A DNA stretch of 64,000 bases from Candidatus Latescibacterota bacterium (lineage in GTDB: Bacteria; Latescibacterota; CBDEFO01), in the NCBI GenBank assembly GCA_965248755.1, contig OZ252149.1, forward strand, positions 2,944,001 to 3,008,000. The letters run 5' to 3'. Positions 40,661 through 50,357 of the stretch are shown one piece after another. The translations under genes were made by a program, and so were the position numbers. The notes under the pieces are model-generated. The model did no database searches and was not told the origin of the DNA. It saw only the letters and a program-made list of their open reading frames with translations. Each line of letters opens with the position of its first letter. Within the stretch, counting starts at the first letter, position 1.

Positions 40661-40709
40661 TCAGATATACATTCCTTTGGGTAAAAGACCAACAGTGCTT
40701 TGTTTTCAC

Positions 40710-40891
40710 CCGACACTTCCCCTATCACATTCATGCGGGATTATGTTTCGACACAATCTTGTTTGTGAATGAATATTACCAGTTTTACATTTTTCAGCAA
40801 GTAATTTTTCAATCAAAATAGCATTTTCCTCTGAATTATCACTTTCTTTGTGTTTAAATCCTCCAATTAGAGACACATCTCCATCGACTCA
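40710..40891 (-). mobile_element. Solo IS1380 right end, diverged
   Basis: Matches 36387-36570; overlaps the rlmN stop codon. Confidence 0.88.
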
Positions 40892-41986
40892 TGAAAATAT
40901 AACAGCCCCCGGCTTGGGGACCGGCGTTATAAGCTGACCGCAGGCAGCGGAGATGTCTCTGCCCTTACTCTCTCTGAGTGTGGCTGTTATATGGCTGGCA
41001 ATCAATATCTCCCGAAAGCTCTCTATCCGCTCTCTGGAAGGGCGTTCGAACTCAGCTTCAGGGTCGGGGTTATAAGGTATGAGGTTCACTTTGGACGGAA
41101 GGCTCTTGACTAACTTTGCCAGCCTTCTGGCGTCGTCGTCAGAGTCCGTCTCTCCTTTTATAAGGACGTACTCAAATGTGATCCAGCGCCCAGTCTTGTG
41201 GGCAAACTCCCTCCCAGCGTCTATAAGCTCCTGGATAGGATATTTGCCGTTGATCGGCATCAGCCTTTCCCTGTTCTTATCCGTAGTCCCGTTCAGGGAT
41301 ATGGCGAGGCCTACTCTGAGCCCTTCGTCTCTGAGCCGTTCTATGCCGGGCACAAATCCGGCTGTGGAGACGGTTATCTTGCGGGCGCCGATCCCGAGTC
41401 CCATCTCCAGACCCATGAGCCTTATGGCCTTGACCACGTTCTTATAGTTCAAGAGCGGCTCTCCCATACCCATCATCACCACGTTGGTGATGCCGTCGTC
41501 TATCTCTTGCTGATGCCTCCTGACGGATATGAGCTGGTCTATAATCTCTGCAGCAGAGAGGTTCCGTATCATCCCCATCCTTGCGGTCGAACAGAATGTG
41601 CATCCCAGAGCACACCCGACCTGAGAGGATACGCAGACCGTCCTGCGTTTCCCTTCGATGATCAGGACGCTCTCTATCGTGAGTCCATCCTCAAGCTGGA
41701 AGAGGAACTTTACGGTCTTACCGTCGGACGATGTCTGCCTTTCGATCTCTTTCAGACTGCTCACAGTCGCAATCTCTCGCAACTTATGTCTGAACTCTTT
41801 GGAGAGGTCGGTCATCAGGTCGAAGTCAGCCGCGCCTTTGTCGTATATCCACGCAAGGAGCTGCTTGTGCCTGTACTCCTCCTTACCCAGCGGGGCAATA
41901 AAAGCCCTCAACTCATCGGGCAGCAGACCCTTGAGATCTACTCGTGTGTCAGAGTTGGTATTATGCTTCACGGGGGAAAGTTTCAT
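40889..41986 (-). CDS. rlmN: 23S rRNA/tRNA adenine C2-methyltransferase RlmN
   Basis: [42 protein letters not shown]. Confidence 0.96.
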   Translation of the reverse strand: MKLSPVKHNTNSDTRVDLKGLLPDELRAFIAPLGKEEYRHKQLLAWIYDKGAADFDLMTDLSKEFRHKLREIATVSSLKEIERQTSSDGKTVKFLFQLEDGLTIESVLIIEGKRRTVCVSSQVGCALGCTFCSTARMGMIRNLSAAEIIDQLISVRRHQQEIDDGITNVVMMGMGEPLLNYKNVVKAIRLMGLEMGLGIGARKITVSTAGFVPGIERLRDEGLRVGLAISLNGTTDKNRERLMPINGKYPIQELIDAGREFAHKTGRWITFEYVLIKGETDSDDDARRLAKLVKSLPSKVNLIPYNPDPEAEFERPSRERIESFREILIASHITATLRESKGRDISAACGQLITPVPKPGAVIFS

Positions 41987-42155
41987 TTGTATTACCTTTG
42001 TATTACCTTACCGAAAAAGTTAGCTTCAAATCTGCACTATATCTTACGCACTAACGATAGCAGGTGAAACCTGCAGATACTGACATACTATATTAACAGA
42101 TGGCACCAGAATCCAGCAATTGTTTCGGCCATTAAGGTCGCAAGGAATCGTTATC

Positions 42156-43322
42156 TCAGGGTCGAGTAGAAAGATTCAAGAACACTGACACGTTATCGCT
42201 TTCCACATTAGACACAGCCAGGTCATTGTCGCCGTCACCATCGAAATCTGCGATGAATACTGATGTAGGATTGACTCCAGCATTGTAGTCCACCTTAGGC
42301 GCAAATGTACCGTTTCCAGTATTCATCAGCACAGACACATTATGGCTGAACCGGTTAGCCACGGCCAGGTCATTATGTCCATCACCATCTAAATCTGCAA
42401 CGAATACTGAACTGGGACTCAGCCCGGCATCGTAGTCCACCTTGGGTGCGAATGTACCGTCTCCACTATTGATCAGCACCGAGACAGTATCATTTTTCTG
42501 GTCCACGCCAAAATTAGCCACAGTTAGGTCACTATGTCCATCTCCATCTAAATCTAATATGAACAACGACCAGGGACCATCCCCGACGGCGTGGTCAACC
42601 GCAGGCGCAAATGTACCGTCTCCATTATTCATCAGCACAGACACATTATCGCTTTGCAAATTAGATACGGCTACGTCGTTATCCCCATCTCCATCTAAAT
42701 CTGAAATGAATACAGAACTGGGACCATCCCCGACGGCGTAGTCCACCTTATGCTCAAATGTACCGTCTCCACTATTTAAGAGCACAGACACATTATCGCT
42801 TTCCGTATTAGCCACAGCCAGGTCATTATGTCCATCTCCATCCAGATCTTCGGCGAATACCGAATGGGGGGACTCCCCAACTTCATAGTCAATCTTGTCC
42901 GCAAACGTAGCGTCTCCATTATTCATCAGCACCGATACAGTAGGAGGAAAGCTGTAGACGTTAGGGACAGCCAGGTCATTATCTCCATCTCCATCCAGAT
43001 CTTCAGCAAATACGGAATTGGGGTAGTCCCCGACAGCATAGTCAACCTTGTCCGCAAATGTACCATCTCCATTGTTCAATAACACCGAAAGATTATCAGT
43101 ATTGCTTCCCCAGGTAACCAGAGCCAGGTCATTGTCCCCATCTCCATCTAAATCTGAGCTGAATACTGATACGGGCTGATACCCCACCGGATAGTTGGTC
43201 GGGGGTCCGAAAAGACTCTGTGTACTAGGTTGCGTTCCACTGTCTCCACCACAGCCTGCCATTAGCAAGAGCAGCGAAAGCATCAGCAGATGTGTGATAC
43301 GGGAGGTGAGTGGTGTTCTCAT
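42156..43322 (-). CDS. FG-GAP/VCBS repeat lipoprotein
   Basis: Lipobox LMAGC; seven DLDGDGDNDLAV repeats. Confidence 0.9.
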   Translation of the reverse strand: MRTPLTSRITHLLMLSLLLLMAGCGGDSGTQPSTQSLFGPPTNYPVGYQPVSVFSSDLDGDGDNDLALVTWGSNTDNLSVLLNNGDGTFADKVDYAVGDYPNSVFAEDLDGDGDNDLAVPNVYSFPPTVSVLMNNGDATFADKIDYEVGESPHSVFAEDLDGDGHNDLAVANTESDNVSVLLNSGDGTFEHKVDYAVGDGPSSVFISDLDGDGDNDVAVSNLQSDNVSVLMNNGDGTFAPAVDHAVGDGPWSLFILDLDGDGHSDLTVANFGVDQKNDTVSVLINSGDGTFAPKVDYDAGLSPSSVFVADLDGDGHNDLAVANRFSHNVSVLMNTGNGTFAPKVDYNAGVNPTSVFIADFDGDGDNDLAVSNVESDNVSVFLNLSTRP

Positions 43323-43462
43323 GGCGGCGTTCCTTCCTTTTTGATTCGGTTCAGTGTCTCAAAGCCCGGTCGTTGCGGAACTCCCTATGATGGATCGAAA
43401 GAGGAACAGTTCCGAAACTTTATTATCTTGAACCTTTTGCCTGTCCCCAAGTGGTTGGTTTG

Positions 43463-43477
43463 GCCAAAGTTGTGCCT
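43463..43477 (-). promoter_or_regulatory. Possible sigma54 -24/-12 element
   Basis: AGGCACAACTTTGGC (GG-N10-GC) about 140 bp upstream of the FG-GAP gene; imperfect. Confidence 0.25.
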
Positions 43478-43574
43478 CCGTTGTATTCCTAAAGGTATTG
43501 TTCCTTCCCGTTGGAGTGATTATAGTGCCTTATGATCGATCTGCGGCGCTCCTATTCATCCCTAAACTCACAGG

Positions 43575-44024
43575 TTACGTAAACAATCGGGAATTGCTTA
43601 TTCTGATCTTTTCAGAGAGATCGTTTATAACATTTCTTAATATCTTGACACCTATATCGTGGTATCTGCTGATCAATATGTCGAAGTCCGCGGTTTTTAA
43701 GCTCAGCGCTATTGACTTTTCTGAAGAAACTATCGTCACTGACCTTTTCCTTCCTGTGAGGGCGCTCATTTCCCCTACCAGTTGTCCAGGGTTAATTTCA
43801 GCTATGTTAAGGTCGATGTCGCCGTGAGGCGCACTTACGCGCAGTTTGCCCGACATGAGGATCAACATCTCCCTGCTGATTTCCCCGTATTTGAATATCA
43901 CCTCCTCGGGATCATAGTTCTTCTGCTCACATATTCTCAGCACGACTTGTGCCTCATCCACAGAGAGTTCGTGGAACATGGGTATTTTGTTTATGATGTT
44001 CAGCAGTTTTAAGTCGGTTGCCAT
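43575..44024 (-). CDS. Stand-alone cyclic nucleotide-binding domain protein
   Basis: IFKYGE, ILMSGKLRV, GQLVGEMSAL..RSVT. Confidence 0.88.
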   Translation of the reverse strand: MATDLKLLNIINKIPMFHELSVDEAQVVLRICEQKNYDPEEVIFKYGEISREMLILMSGKLRVSAPHGDIDLNIAEINPGQLVGEMSALTGRKRSVTIVSSEKSIALSLKTADFDILISRYHDIGVKILRNVINDLSEKIRISNSRLFT

Positions 44025-44359
44025 GTCGTGTTCTCCTTAACGCTGACGAACGGTGTGTCTATTCTGCTCTCCTTACTATAAAGGGTACATCTACCTCTCG
44101 ACCCAATATGGTCTTGTGTAGTTCCGTGCACTCCAGCCTGCACAGCAGGCACTCCGGCCTTCTCCACTCCACATGTTCAAACTCGTTTTGTGCTTCCATT
44201 CTTTTGACACTAATGGTATTATACCCCTACTGGAATGTATGAAGCGATTTCTGGGCTATTAAATGACGATTCTGACGCTTTGGGGACATCTACGAGGCTT
44301 TAGACTTCTCCCTTAGTTGGCGAATCCAGGGCCTGTGATGTCATAACCAATTCCCCTCT

Positions 44360-45325
44360 TTAAAAACCTTTCCAACTGGTAACTGCATAGTCCATAATTT
44401 CAATTATCCTGTCATCTGAGTAGTACCAATATTCCCACGGGCCGTCTTTCTGTATTCTAATAGGTTCACCCAAGAGCCGTCTTATTGTATCCTCAGGCAT
44501 CCCTTTTCTTAGCATCCGTGGAATAGCGTCAGGATACTGAAGACTGACAACTGTACCATCCTTATTAAACTGTTCTACCCGGTGAGAATAATACCCACCC
44601 GTCCTGGAAATCTTGGAGAAATGTCCGAATCTTATGGTCAGGTCATGATACTCCTCCGTGTCGTGTGGCGGAAATTTAGGACGCTGGACAGGCGGAATAT
44701 ACCCCAAGGGTACTATCTGGATCTTGTAATCACCTTCTGGAACTACAAAATATTTTGTTAATTCTACATCGTTCTGAAGATGCTGTGACTCATAAAGGGC
44801 TGACATCCCCTTCAAAAGGATCTTGCTCATCTCGTCATCCCAAAGCATGAAGCGCATCCTAACTGAGGGGCGGCTTGCACCCTCATTGCCATAGACAATT
44901 ACGCGAAATCTGCCGATGGGGATTTCGACATGCGTTAGCTGCCCGGCCGTTATAGTCACACGTTCGATTGCTACTGGGTCGTCCACATTTAAGTCGGTAT
45001 CAACTACTACCTTATATACTCCCGGTTCCAGAAATGCCTGAAGCCCTTTACCCTTGACAACCACCTCATCGGTGGCTTGGTCAACAACCCTGAAATCGAG
45101 CTCGGGAATACCTCCGCTGTACAAGATAAGGACCCCTTTTCCCTCCGGTATCGTTGCCAATTCATCCTTCTTGCTGTACTTCCCTGACGAAGCGCATCCC
45201 ATCAACCAGGCTGCGATGACCAGAACTAATATTATAGCCCGTCCAGGCCTGAATCTGATGTTCTGTCTCCCTACGCTCTCTGATCTCTCCACTACGGTCT
45301 GTAAGTCGGGTGTCTGTGATGTCAT
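44360..45325 (-). CDS. Hypothetical lipoprotein with C-terminal SmpA/BamE-like domain
   Basis: Lipobox WLMGC; LRKGMPEDTIRRLLGEP...EYWYY. Confidence 0.7.
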   Translation of the reverse strand: MTSQTPDLQTVVERSESVGRQNIRFRPGRAIILVLVIAAWLMGCASSGKYSKKDELATIPEGKGVLILYSGGIPELDFRVVDQATDEVVVKGKGLQAFLEPGVYKVVVDTDLNVDDPVAIERVTITAGQLTHVEIPIGRFRVIVYGNEGASRPSVRMRFMLWDDEMSKILLKGMSALYESQHLQNDVELTKYFVVPEGDYKIQIVPLGYIPPVQRPKFPPHDTEEYHDLTIRFGHFSKISRTGGYYSHRVEQFNKDGTVVSLQYPDAIPRMLRKGMPEDTIRRLLGEPIRIQKDGPWEYWYYSDDRIIEIMDYAVTSWKGF

Positions 45326-45396
45326 GGATGATTACCTCCGTTAGTTAGCTCTCTTAATGGAAAGGAGCCTATGAGGCCTGCAAGAGGAGTTCTCCC

Positions 45397-46320
45397 TCAG
45401 TTGGAAAACGTTGACTTGATGCGGCCCCAGGTGTCAGCCCCAACCTCCGAGCTGTCAGCCTCAACAACGCCATCGTTGTCATCAAAATGGTCAATGATAA
45501 TGATAACCGGCTCAAAATCAAGCAGGATGTAGTCAACAAACGTAGAGGCATCGAAGTTGGTCGCTGCGGCGTGACTGTTCGTCCACCAGCCTCCGTCGTA
45601 CCCAAGATCATCTGGATCGTCACTGTCCTTAACGGCGAAGACGAGTCCTATGATGTCTCCCGCTTTCAGGGTGTGTACTACGCTCTGATCAATACCTTCA
45701 GAATTAAGGTCGTCAAACGGAGTGACGGCTATCTCTACAGTCTGGACACCTTCCCCACCTACGGTGCCATGAAAACTCCAGCCGATGTCGGCATAAGGAG
45801 GCTTATCTGCCCACGTGGCCGATCCCCAAATAGAGAGCGGATTGTCTCTGTTCAGATAATACCGATAACTCTGTGCCTGAGCTGAGTTGTGCCTGTCCGG
45901 ATCCCTGTCCTGTGGAGGCATGCCCATGTACTGCCCTCCGCTGTGGTCAGCATCTATGCCAAATTCGATGTTTTCCTCACGGTCGTCAGCAGTTAACCGT
46001 GCATTAGAGTGGTCGTCACATCTCTCCTCCCAAAAATAGATCATGTTGGTCACGGGACTCCATCCTATGACTACCTTCACGGCGAGGCTGGCGGGGTTCG
46101 GATTATCAAACCCCCCTTTGACGGTCTCTTTCAGATCATCGTGCGTTAAATAGTACTGTCGAGGATACATCTGCCACTCGGAGCCATCACCGTCCACTTC
46201 AATATCGTCGGGAACCCTGGGAGCGACAAAGGTCTCATCTAACCTCAGGTGAGCGGACCCCATCGAAACAGTAAAAAGCACGAATCCCAGAGCTGTAAAT
46301 ATCGCAAATAGTGTTTTCAT
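45397..46320 (-). CDS. Secreted DOMON/CBM9-like protein with TWGRIK tail (array gene 5)
   Basis: Signal peptide, VDGDGSEW, EFGIDADHSGG, VEIAVTP, TWGRIKSTFSN. Confidence 0.8.
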   Translation of the reverse strand: MKTLFAIFTALGFVLFTVSMGSAHLRLDETFVAPRVPDDIEVDGDGSEWQMYPRQYYLTHDDLKETVKGGFDNPNPASLAVKVVIGWSPVTNMIYFWEERCDDHSNARLTADDREENIEFGIDADHSGGQYMGMPPQDRDPDRHNSAQAQSYRYYLNRDNPLSIWGSATWADKPPYADIGWSFHGTVGGEGVQTVEIAVTPFDDLNSEGIDQSVVHTLKAGDIIGLVFAVKDSDDPDDLGYDGGWWTNSHAAATNFDASTFVDYILLDFEPVIIIIDHFDDNDGVVEADSSEVGADTWGRIKSTFSN

Positions 46321-46336
46321 CGTCATATCCTTTAGT

Positions 46337-47281
46337 TCAGTTCGAGAAGGTTGACTTGATGCGGCCCCAGGTGTCAGACTCAACTGCTGTGCCGGGCACC
46401 CAGATACTCGGATCAAAATCAAGCAGGATGTAATCAATAAACGAATCCGCATTAATCCAAGGCGCAGTACTCGAACGATTAAAGGAGTCGGCATTGGCGA
46501 AACTGCTAGACCACCAGCCTCCGTCGTAGTTTCTTAAATCATCGGGATTGTCATCGTCCTTAACGGCAAAGACGAGACCTATGATCTCTCCCGCTGCAAG
46601 GATGTGTACTACGCTCTGATCAATACCTTCAGAATTCAGGTCGTCAAACGGAGTGACGGCTAATTCTACAGTCTGGACGCCTTCCCCACCTACGGTGCCG
46701 TGAAAACTCCAACCGAGGTCGGCATAAGGCGGCTTAACTGCCCACGTGGCCGATCCCCAATGCCAGAGCGGATCCTCTCTGTTCAGATAATAGCGATAGT
46801 TCTGAGCTTGAGATCCGTCCCACCTGTCCGGATCAATGTCTACATACGGGTGCATGTACAATCCTCCGCTGTGGTCAGCATCAATGCTAAATTCGAGGTG
46901 TTCCGAACTGTCGTCAGCAGTTAACCGTGCATTAGAGTGGTCGTCAAATCTCTCCTCCAAAAAATAGATCATGTTGGTCACGGGACTCCATCCTATGACT
47001 ACCTTCACGGCGAGGCTGGCGGGGTTCGGCTCATCAAACCCCTCCTTGATGATCTCTTTCAGATCATCGTGCGTTAAATAGTACTGTCGAGGAAGCAATT
47101 GCCACTCGGACCCATCACCGTCCAGTACAACGGTCCGCGTACCAGCGTGCATCCCCGGAGTCCCATCAATGGGCAACATGGGAGCGACAAAGGTCTCATC
47201 TAACCTCAGGTGAGCCGACCCCATCGAAATAATAAACAGGAGAACTCCCAGTACCGTAAATATCGCAAATAGTGTTTTCAT
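46337..47281 (-). CDS. Secreted DOMON/CBM9-like protein with TWGRIK tail (array gene 4)
   Basis: Paralog with the same motifs; start at MKTLF. Confidence 0.8.
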   Translation of the reverse strand: MKTLFAIFTVLGVLLFIISMGSAHLRLDETFVAPMLPIDGTPGMHAGTRTVVLDGDGSEWQLLPRQYYLTHDDLKEIIKEGFDEPNPASLAVKVVIGWSPVTNMIYFLEERFDDHSNARLTADDSSEHLEFSIDADHSGGLYMHPYVDIDPDRWDGSQAQNYRYYLNREDPLWHWGSATWAVKPPYADLGWSFHGTVGGEGVQTVELAVTPFDDLNSEGIDQSVVHILAAGEIIGLVFAVKDDDNPDDLRNYDGGWWSSSFANADSFNRSSTAPWINADSFIDYILLDFDPSIWVPGTAVESDTWGRIKSTFSN

Positions 47282-47297
47282 CGTGATAGTCTTTAGT

Positions 47298-48341
47298 TCA
47301 GTTCGAGAAGGTTGCTTTGATGCGTCCCCAGGTGTCAGACTTAACTGCTGTCCAGATCCCAGGCTCAAAATCAAGCAGGATGTAATCATTAAACTCATCC
47401 GCATGGTACTCGCCGCCGGCGAAACTGCTAGACCACCAACCTCCGTCGTAGCCTAATTCATCGGGATTGTCACTATCCTTAACGGCAAAGACGAGTCCTA
47501 CGATCTCTCCCGCTGCAAGGGTGTGTACTACGCTCTGATCAATACCTTCATAATTCAGGTCGTCAAACGGAGTGACGGCTATCTCTACAGTCTGGACGCC
47601 TTCCCCACCTACGGTGCCGTCAAGACTCCAGCCGATGTCGGCATAAGGAGGCTTAACTGCCCATGTGGCCGCCCCCCAATACCAGAGCGGATCCTCTCTG
47701 TTCAGAAAATAGCGATAGTTCTGAGCTAGAGATCCGTCCCACCTGTCTGCATCAATGTCTGACGTAGACATGGACATGTACCGTCCACCGCTGTGGTCAG
47801 TATCGATGCCAAATTCGAGGTGTTCGTTACGGTCGTCAGCAGTTAAGCGGGCGTTAGAGTGGTCGTTAGATCCGTCCCACCCGGCCGGATCCACGTCCTG
47901 TAAACCCGAGGACATGAACCGTCCACCGCTGTGGTCCGCATCGATGCCAAATTCGATGTTTTCCTGACGGTCGTCAGCAGTTAACCGTGCATTAGAGAAG
48001 TCGTCAAATCTCTCCTCCCACATATAGATCATGTTGGTCACGGGACTCCATCCTATGACTACCTTCACGGCGAGGCTGGCGGGGTTCGGCACAGGAAACC
48101 CCCCTTTGACGACCTCTTTCAGATCATCGTGCGTTAAATAGTACTGTCGAGGAAGCAATTGCCACTCGGAGCCATCACCGTCGAGTACAATCGTCCGCGT
48201 ACCAGCGTGCATCCCCGGAGTCCCATCAATGGGCAACATGGGAGCGACAAAGGTCTCATCTAACCTCAGGTGAGCCGACCCCATCGAAATAATAAACAGG
48301 AGAACTCCCAGTACCGTAAATATCGCAAATGGTGTTTTCAT
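47298..48341 (-). CDS. Secreted DOMON/CBM9-like protein with TWGRIK tail (array gene 3)
   Basis: Paralog with an internal duplication of the SNARLTADDR...WDGS module. Confidence 0.8.
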   Translation of the reverse strand: MKTPFAIFTVLGVLLFIISMGSAHLRLDETFVAPMLPIDGTPGMHAGTRTIVLDGDGSEWQLLPRQYYLTHDDLKEVVKGGFPVPNPASLAVKVVIGWSPVTNMIYMWEERFDDFSNARLTADDRQENIEFGIDADHSGGRFMSSGLQDVDPAGWDGSNDHSNARLTADDRNEHLEFGIDTDHSGGRYMSMSTSDIDADRWDGSLAQNYRYFLNREDPLWYWGAATWAVKPPYADIGWSLDGTVGGEGVQTVEIAVTPFDDLNYEGIDQSVVHTLAAGEIVGLVFAVKDSDNPDELGYDGGWWSSSFAGGEYHADEFNDYILLDFEPGIWTAVKSDTWGRIKATFSN

Positions 48342-48357
48342 CGTTATATCCTTTAGT

Positions 48358-49278
48358 TCAGTTCGAGAAGGTTGCTTTGATGCGGCCCCAGGTGTCAGAC
48401 TCAACTGATGACCCATCCAATGTCACCCATTGTTCCGGATCGAAAGGAAGTAGAGTGAAGTCATTGAAGGTATCCGCATTTTGGAACACATGCGCGCCTC
48501 CGACCGTATAGTAGCCACCGTTACCTTGTTGGATGCCAATTTGTTCCTCGTCCGGTCCAGCGAGATAGTCAGTGTCTTCAACGGTAAAGCCTATTCCGAT
48601 GATTTCTCCCTCTTTCAGGGTGTGTACTACGCTCTGGTCGATACCTTCAGGGTTCAGATCGTCAAACGGCGTCACGGCCATCTCCACAATCAGGTTGCCC
48701 GAGTCACCCAGCTCGCCATCAAAGCTCCAGCCGAACTCGGAATACGGAGACACGTTTACCCACGTAGCTGCTCCCCACAACCAGACCGGATCCTCTCCGA
48801 TCACAAAATATTGCCAATGCTGAGCATGAGATGAGCCGTGCCTGTCCGGATCCACATCCAACCCGAAGTTTTGGAACCGTCCTCCGCTGTGGTCAGCATC
48901 CACGCCAAACGCAACCGTCTCCTCAATGTAGTACATTTTCCAACCGACATAAACATCGTCAAATCTATCCTCAAACCAGTATATCTTGTTGGTCACCGGA
49001 CTCCATCCTATAATTATCCGCAAGGCGAGGTCAGAGGGGTCTATAGCCTCTGACCATTCCCCGATCATTATCAGATCCTCGTGCGTTATCCAGAACGACG
49101 GGTCAATATTTGCCCACTCGCTGGTATCACCGTCTGGTATAAACTCGCTGAACCCAGGCCTACCAATAGGCACCTGGACAGCGACAAAGGTCTTATCTGA
49201 CCGTAGGTGAGCAGAACTCTCCACGACAGCAAGAAATACAAATCCCAGTGCTGTAAATATACAAAACAGTGTTCTCAT
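48358..49278 (-). CDS. Secreted DOMON/CBM9-like protein with TWGRIK tail (array gene 2, most divergent)
   Basis: GWSPVTNKIY, DADHSGG, TPFDDLN, TWGRIKATFSN. Confidence 0.8.
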   Translation of the reverse strand: MRTLFCIFTALGFVFLAVVESSAHLRSDKTFVAVQVPIGRPGFSEFIPDGDTSEWANIDPSFWITHEDLIMIGEWSEAIDPSDLALRIIIGWSPVTNKIYWFEDRFDDVYVGWKMYYIEETVAFGVDADHSGGRFQNFGLDVDPDRHGSSHAQHWQYFVIGEDPVWLWGAATWVNVSPYSEFGWSFDGELGDSGNLIVEMAVTPFDDLNPEGIDQSVVHTLKEGEIIGIGFTVEDTDYLAGPDEEQIGIQQGNGGYYTVGGAHVFQNADTFNDFTLLPFDPEQWVTLDGSSVESDTWGRIKATFSN

Positions 49279-49294
49279 CGTTATATCCTTTCCC

Positions 49295-50320
49295 TCAGTT
49301 GGAAAACGTTGACTTGATGCGGCCCCAGGTGTCAGATTCAACCGCTGTGCCGGGCACCCAGATACTCGGATCAAAATCAAGCAGAATGTAATCAGTAAAC
49401 AAATCGGCATCGCCCTTGTACCCTGACGCTGAGTTGTGACTGATAGACCACCAGCCTCCGTCGTAACCAGGATCATCGGGATTGTCATTGTCCTTAACGG
49501 CAAAGACGATGCCTACGATCTCTCCCGCTGTAAGGGTGTGTACTACGCTCTGATCAATACCTTCAGAATTCAAGTCGTCAAACGGAGTGACGGCCAACTC
49601 TACAGTCTGGACGCCTTCCCCACCTACTTCGCCATCAAAACTCCAGCCGATGAAGGCATAAGGAGGCTTAACTGCCCACGTGGCCGAACCCCAATGCCAG
49701 ATGGGTTCCTCCCTGTTCAGATAATAGCGATAGTTCTGAGCATGAGATCCGTCCCATCTGGCTGGATCAATGTCCTCTGTATACAGCTTCATGTACACTC
49801 CTCCGCTGTGGTCAGCATCGATGCCAAATGCGAGGTGTTCATTACGGTCGTCAGCAGTTAAGCGGGCGTTAGAGTGGTCGTCAGATCCGTCCCACCTGGC
49901 CGGATCCACGTCCTGTGAATAAAACACGTACCTTCCTCCGCTGTGGTTAGCATCGATGCTAAATTCGAGGTGTTCATTACGGTCGTCAGCAGTTAAGCGG
50001 GCATTAGAGTGGTCGTCAAATCTCTCCTCTAAAAAATAGATCATGTTGGTCACCGGGCTCCATCCTATGGCAACTTTCACGGCGAGGCTGGCGGGGTTCG
50101 GCGTATCAAATCCCCCCTTGATGGTCTCTTTCAGATCATCGTGCGTTAAATAGTACTGTCGAGGAAGCAATTGCCACTCGGACCCATCACCGTCCACTTC
50201 AATATCGTCGGGAACCCTGGGAGCGACGAAGGTCTCATCTAACCTCAGGTGAGCCGACCCCATCGAAACAGTAAAAAGCACGAATCCCAGAGCTGTAAAT
50301 ATCGCAAATAGTGTTTTCAT
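49295..50320 (-). CDS. Secreted DOMON/CBM9-like protein with TWGRIK tail (array gene 1)
   Basis: Paralog with the internal module duplication. Confidence 0.8.
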   Translation of the reverse strand: MKTLFAIFTALGFVLFTVSMGSAHLRLDETFVAPRVPDDIEVDGDGSEWQLLPRQYYLTHDDLKETIKGGFDTPNPASLAVKVAIGWSPVTNMIYFLEERFDDHSNARLTADDRNEHLEFSIDANHSGGRYVFYSQDVDPARWDGSDDHSNARLTADDRNEHLAFGIDADHSGGVYMKLYTEDIDPARWDGSHAQNYRYYLNREEPIWHWGSATWAVKPPYAFIGWSFDGEVGGEGVQTVELAVTPFDDLNSEGIDQSVVHTLTAGEIVGIVFAVKDNDNPDDPGYDGGWWSISHNSASGYKGDADLFTDYILLDFDPSIWVPGTAVESDTWGRIKSTFSN

Positions 50321-50357
50321 TGTGATATCCTTTCGCTGGGAATAATTAACAGGGATC

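Noticed and set aside
45397..50320. Diversity-generating retroelement
   Set aside because: No reverse transcriptase or template repeat in the window, and the differences include indels and block swaps rather than adenine-only changes.
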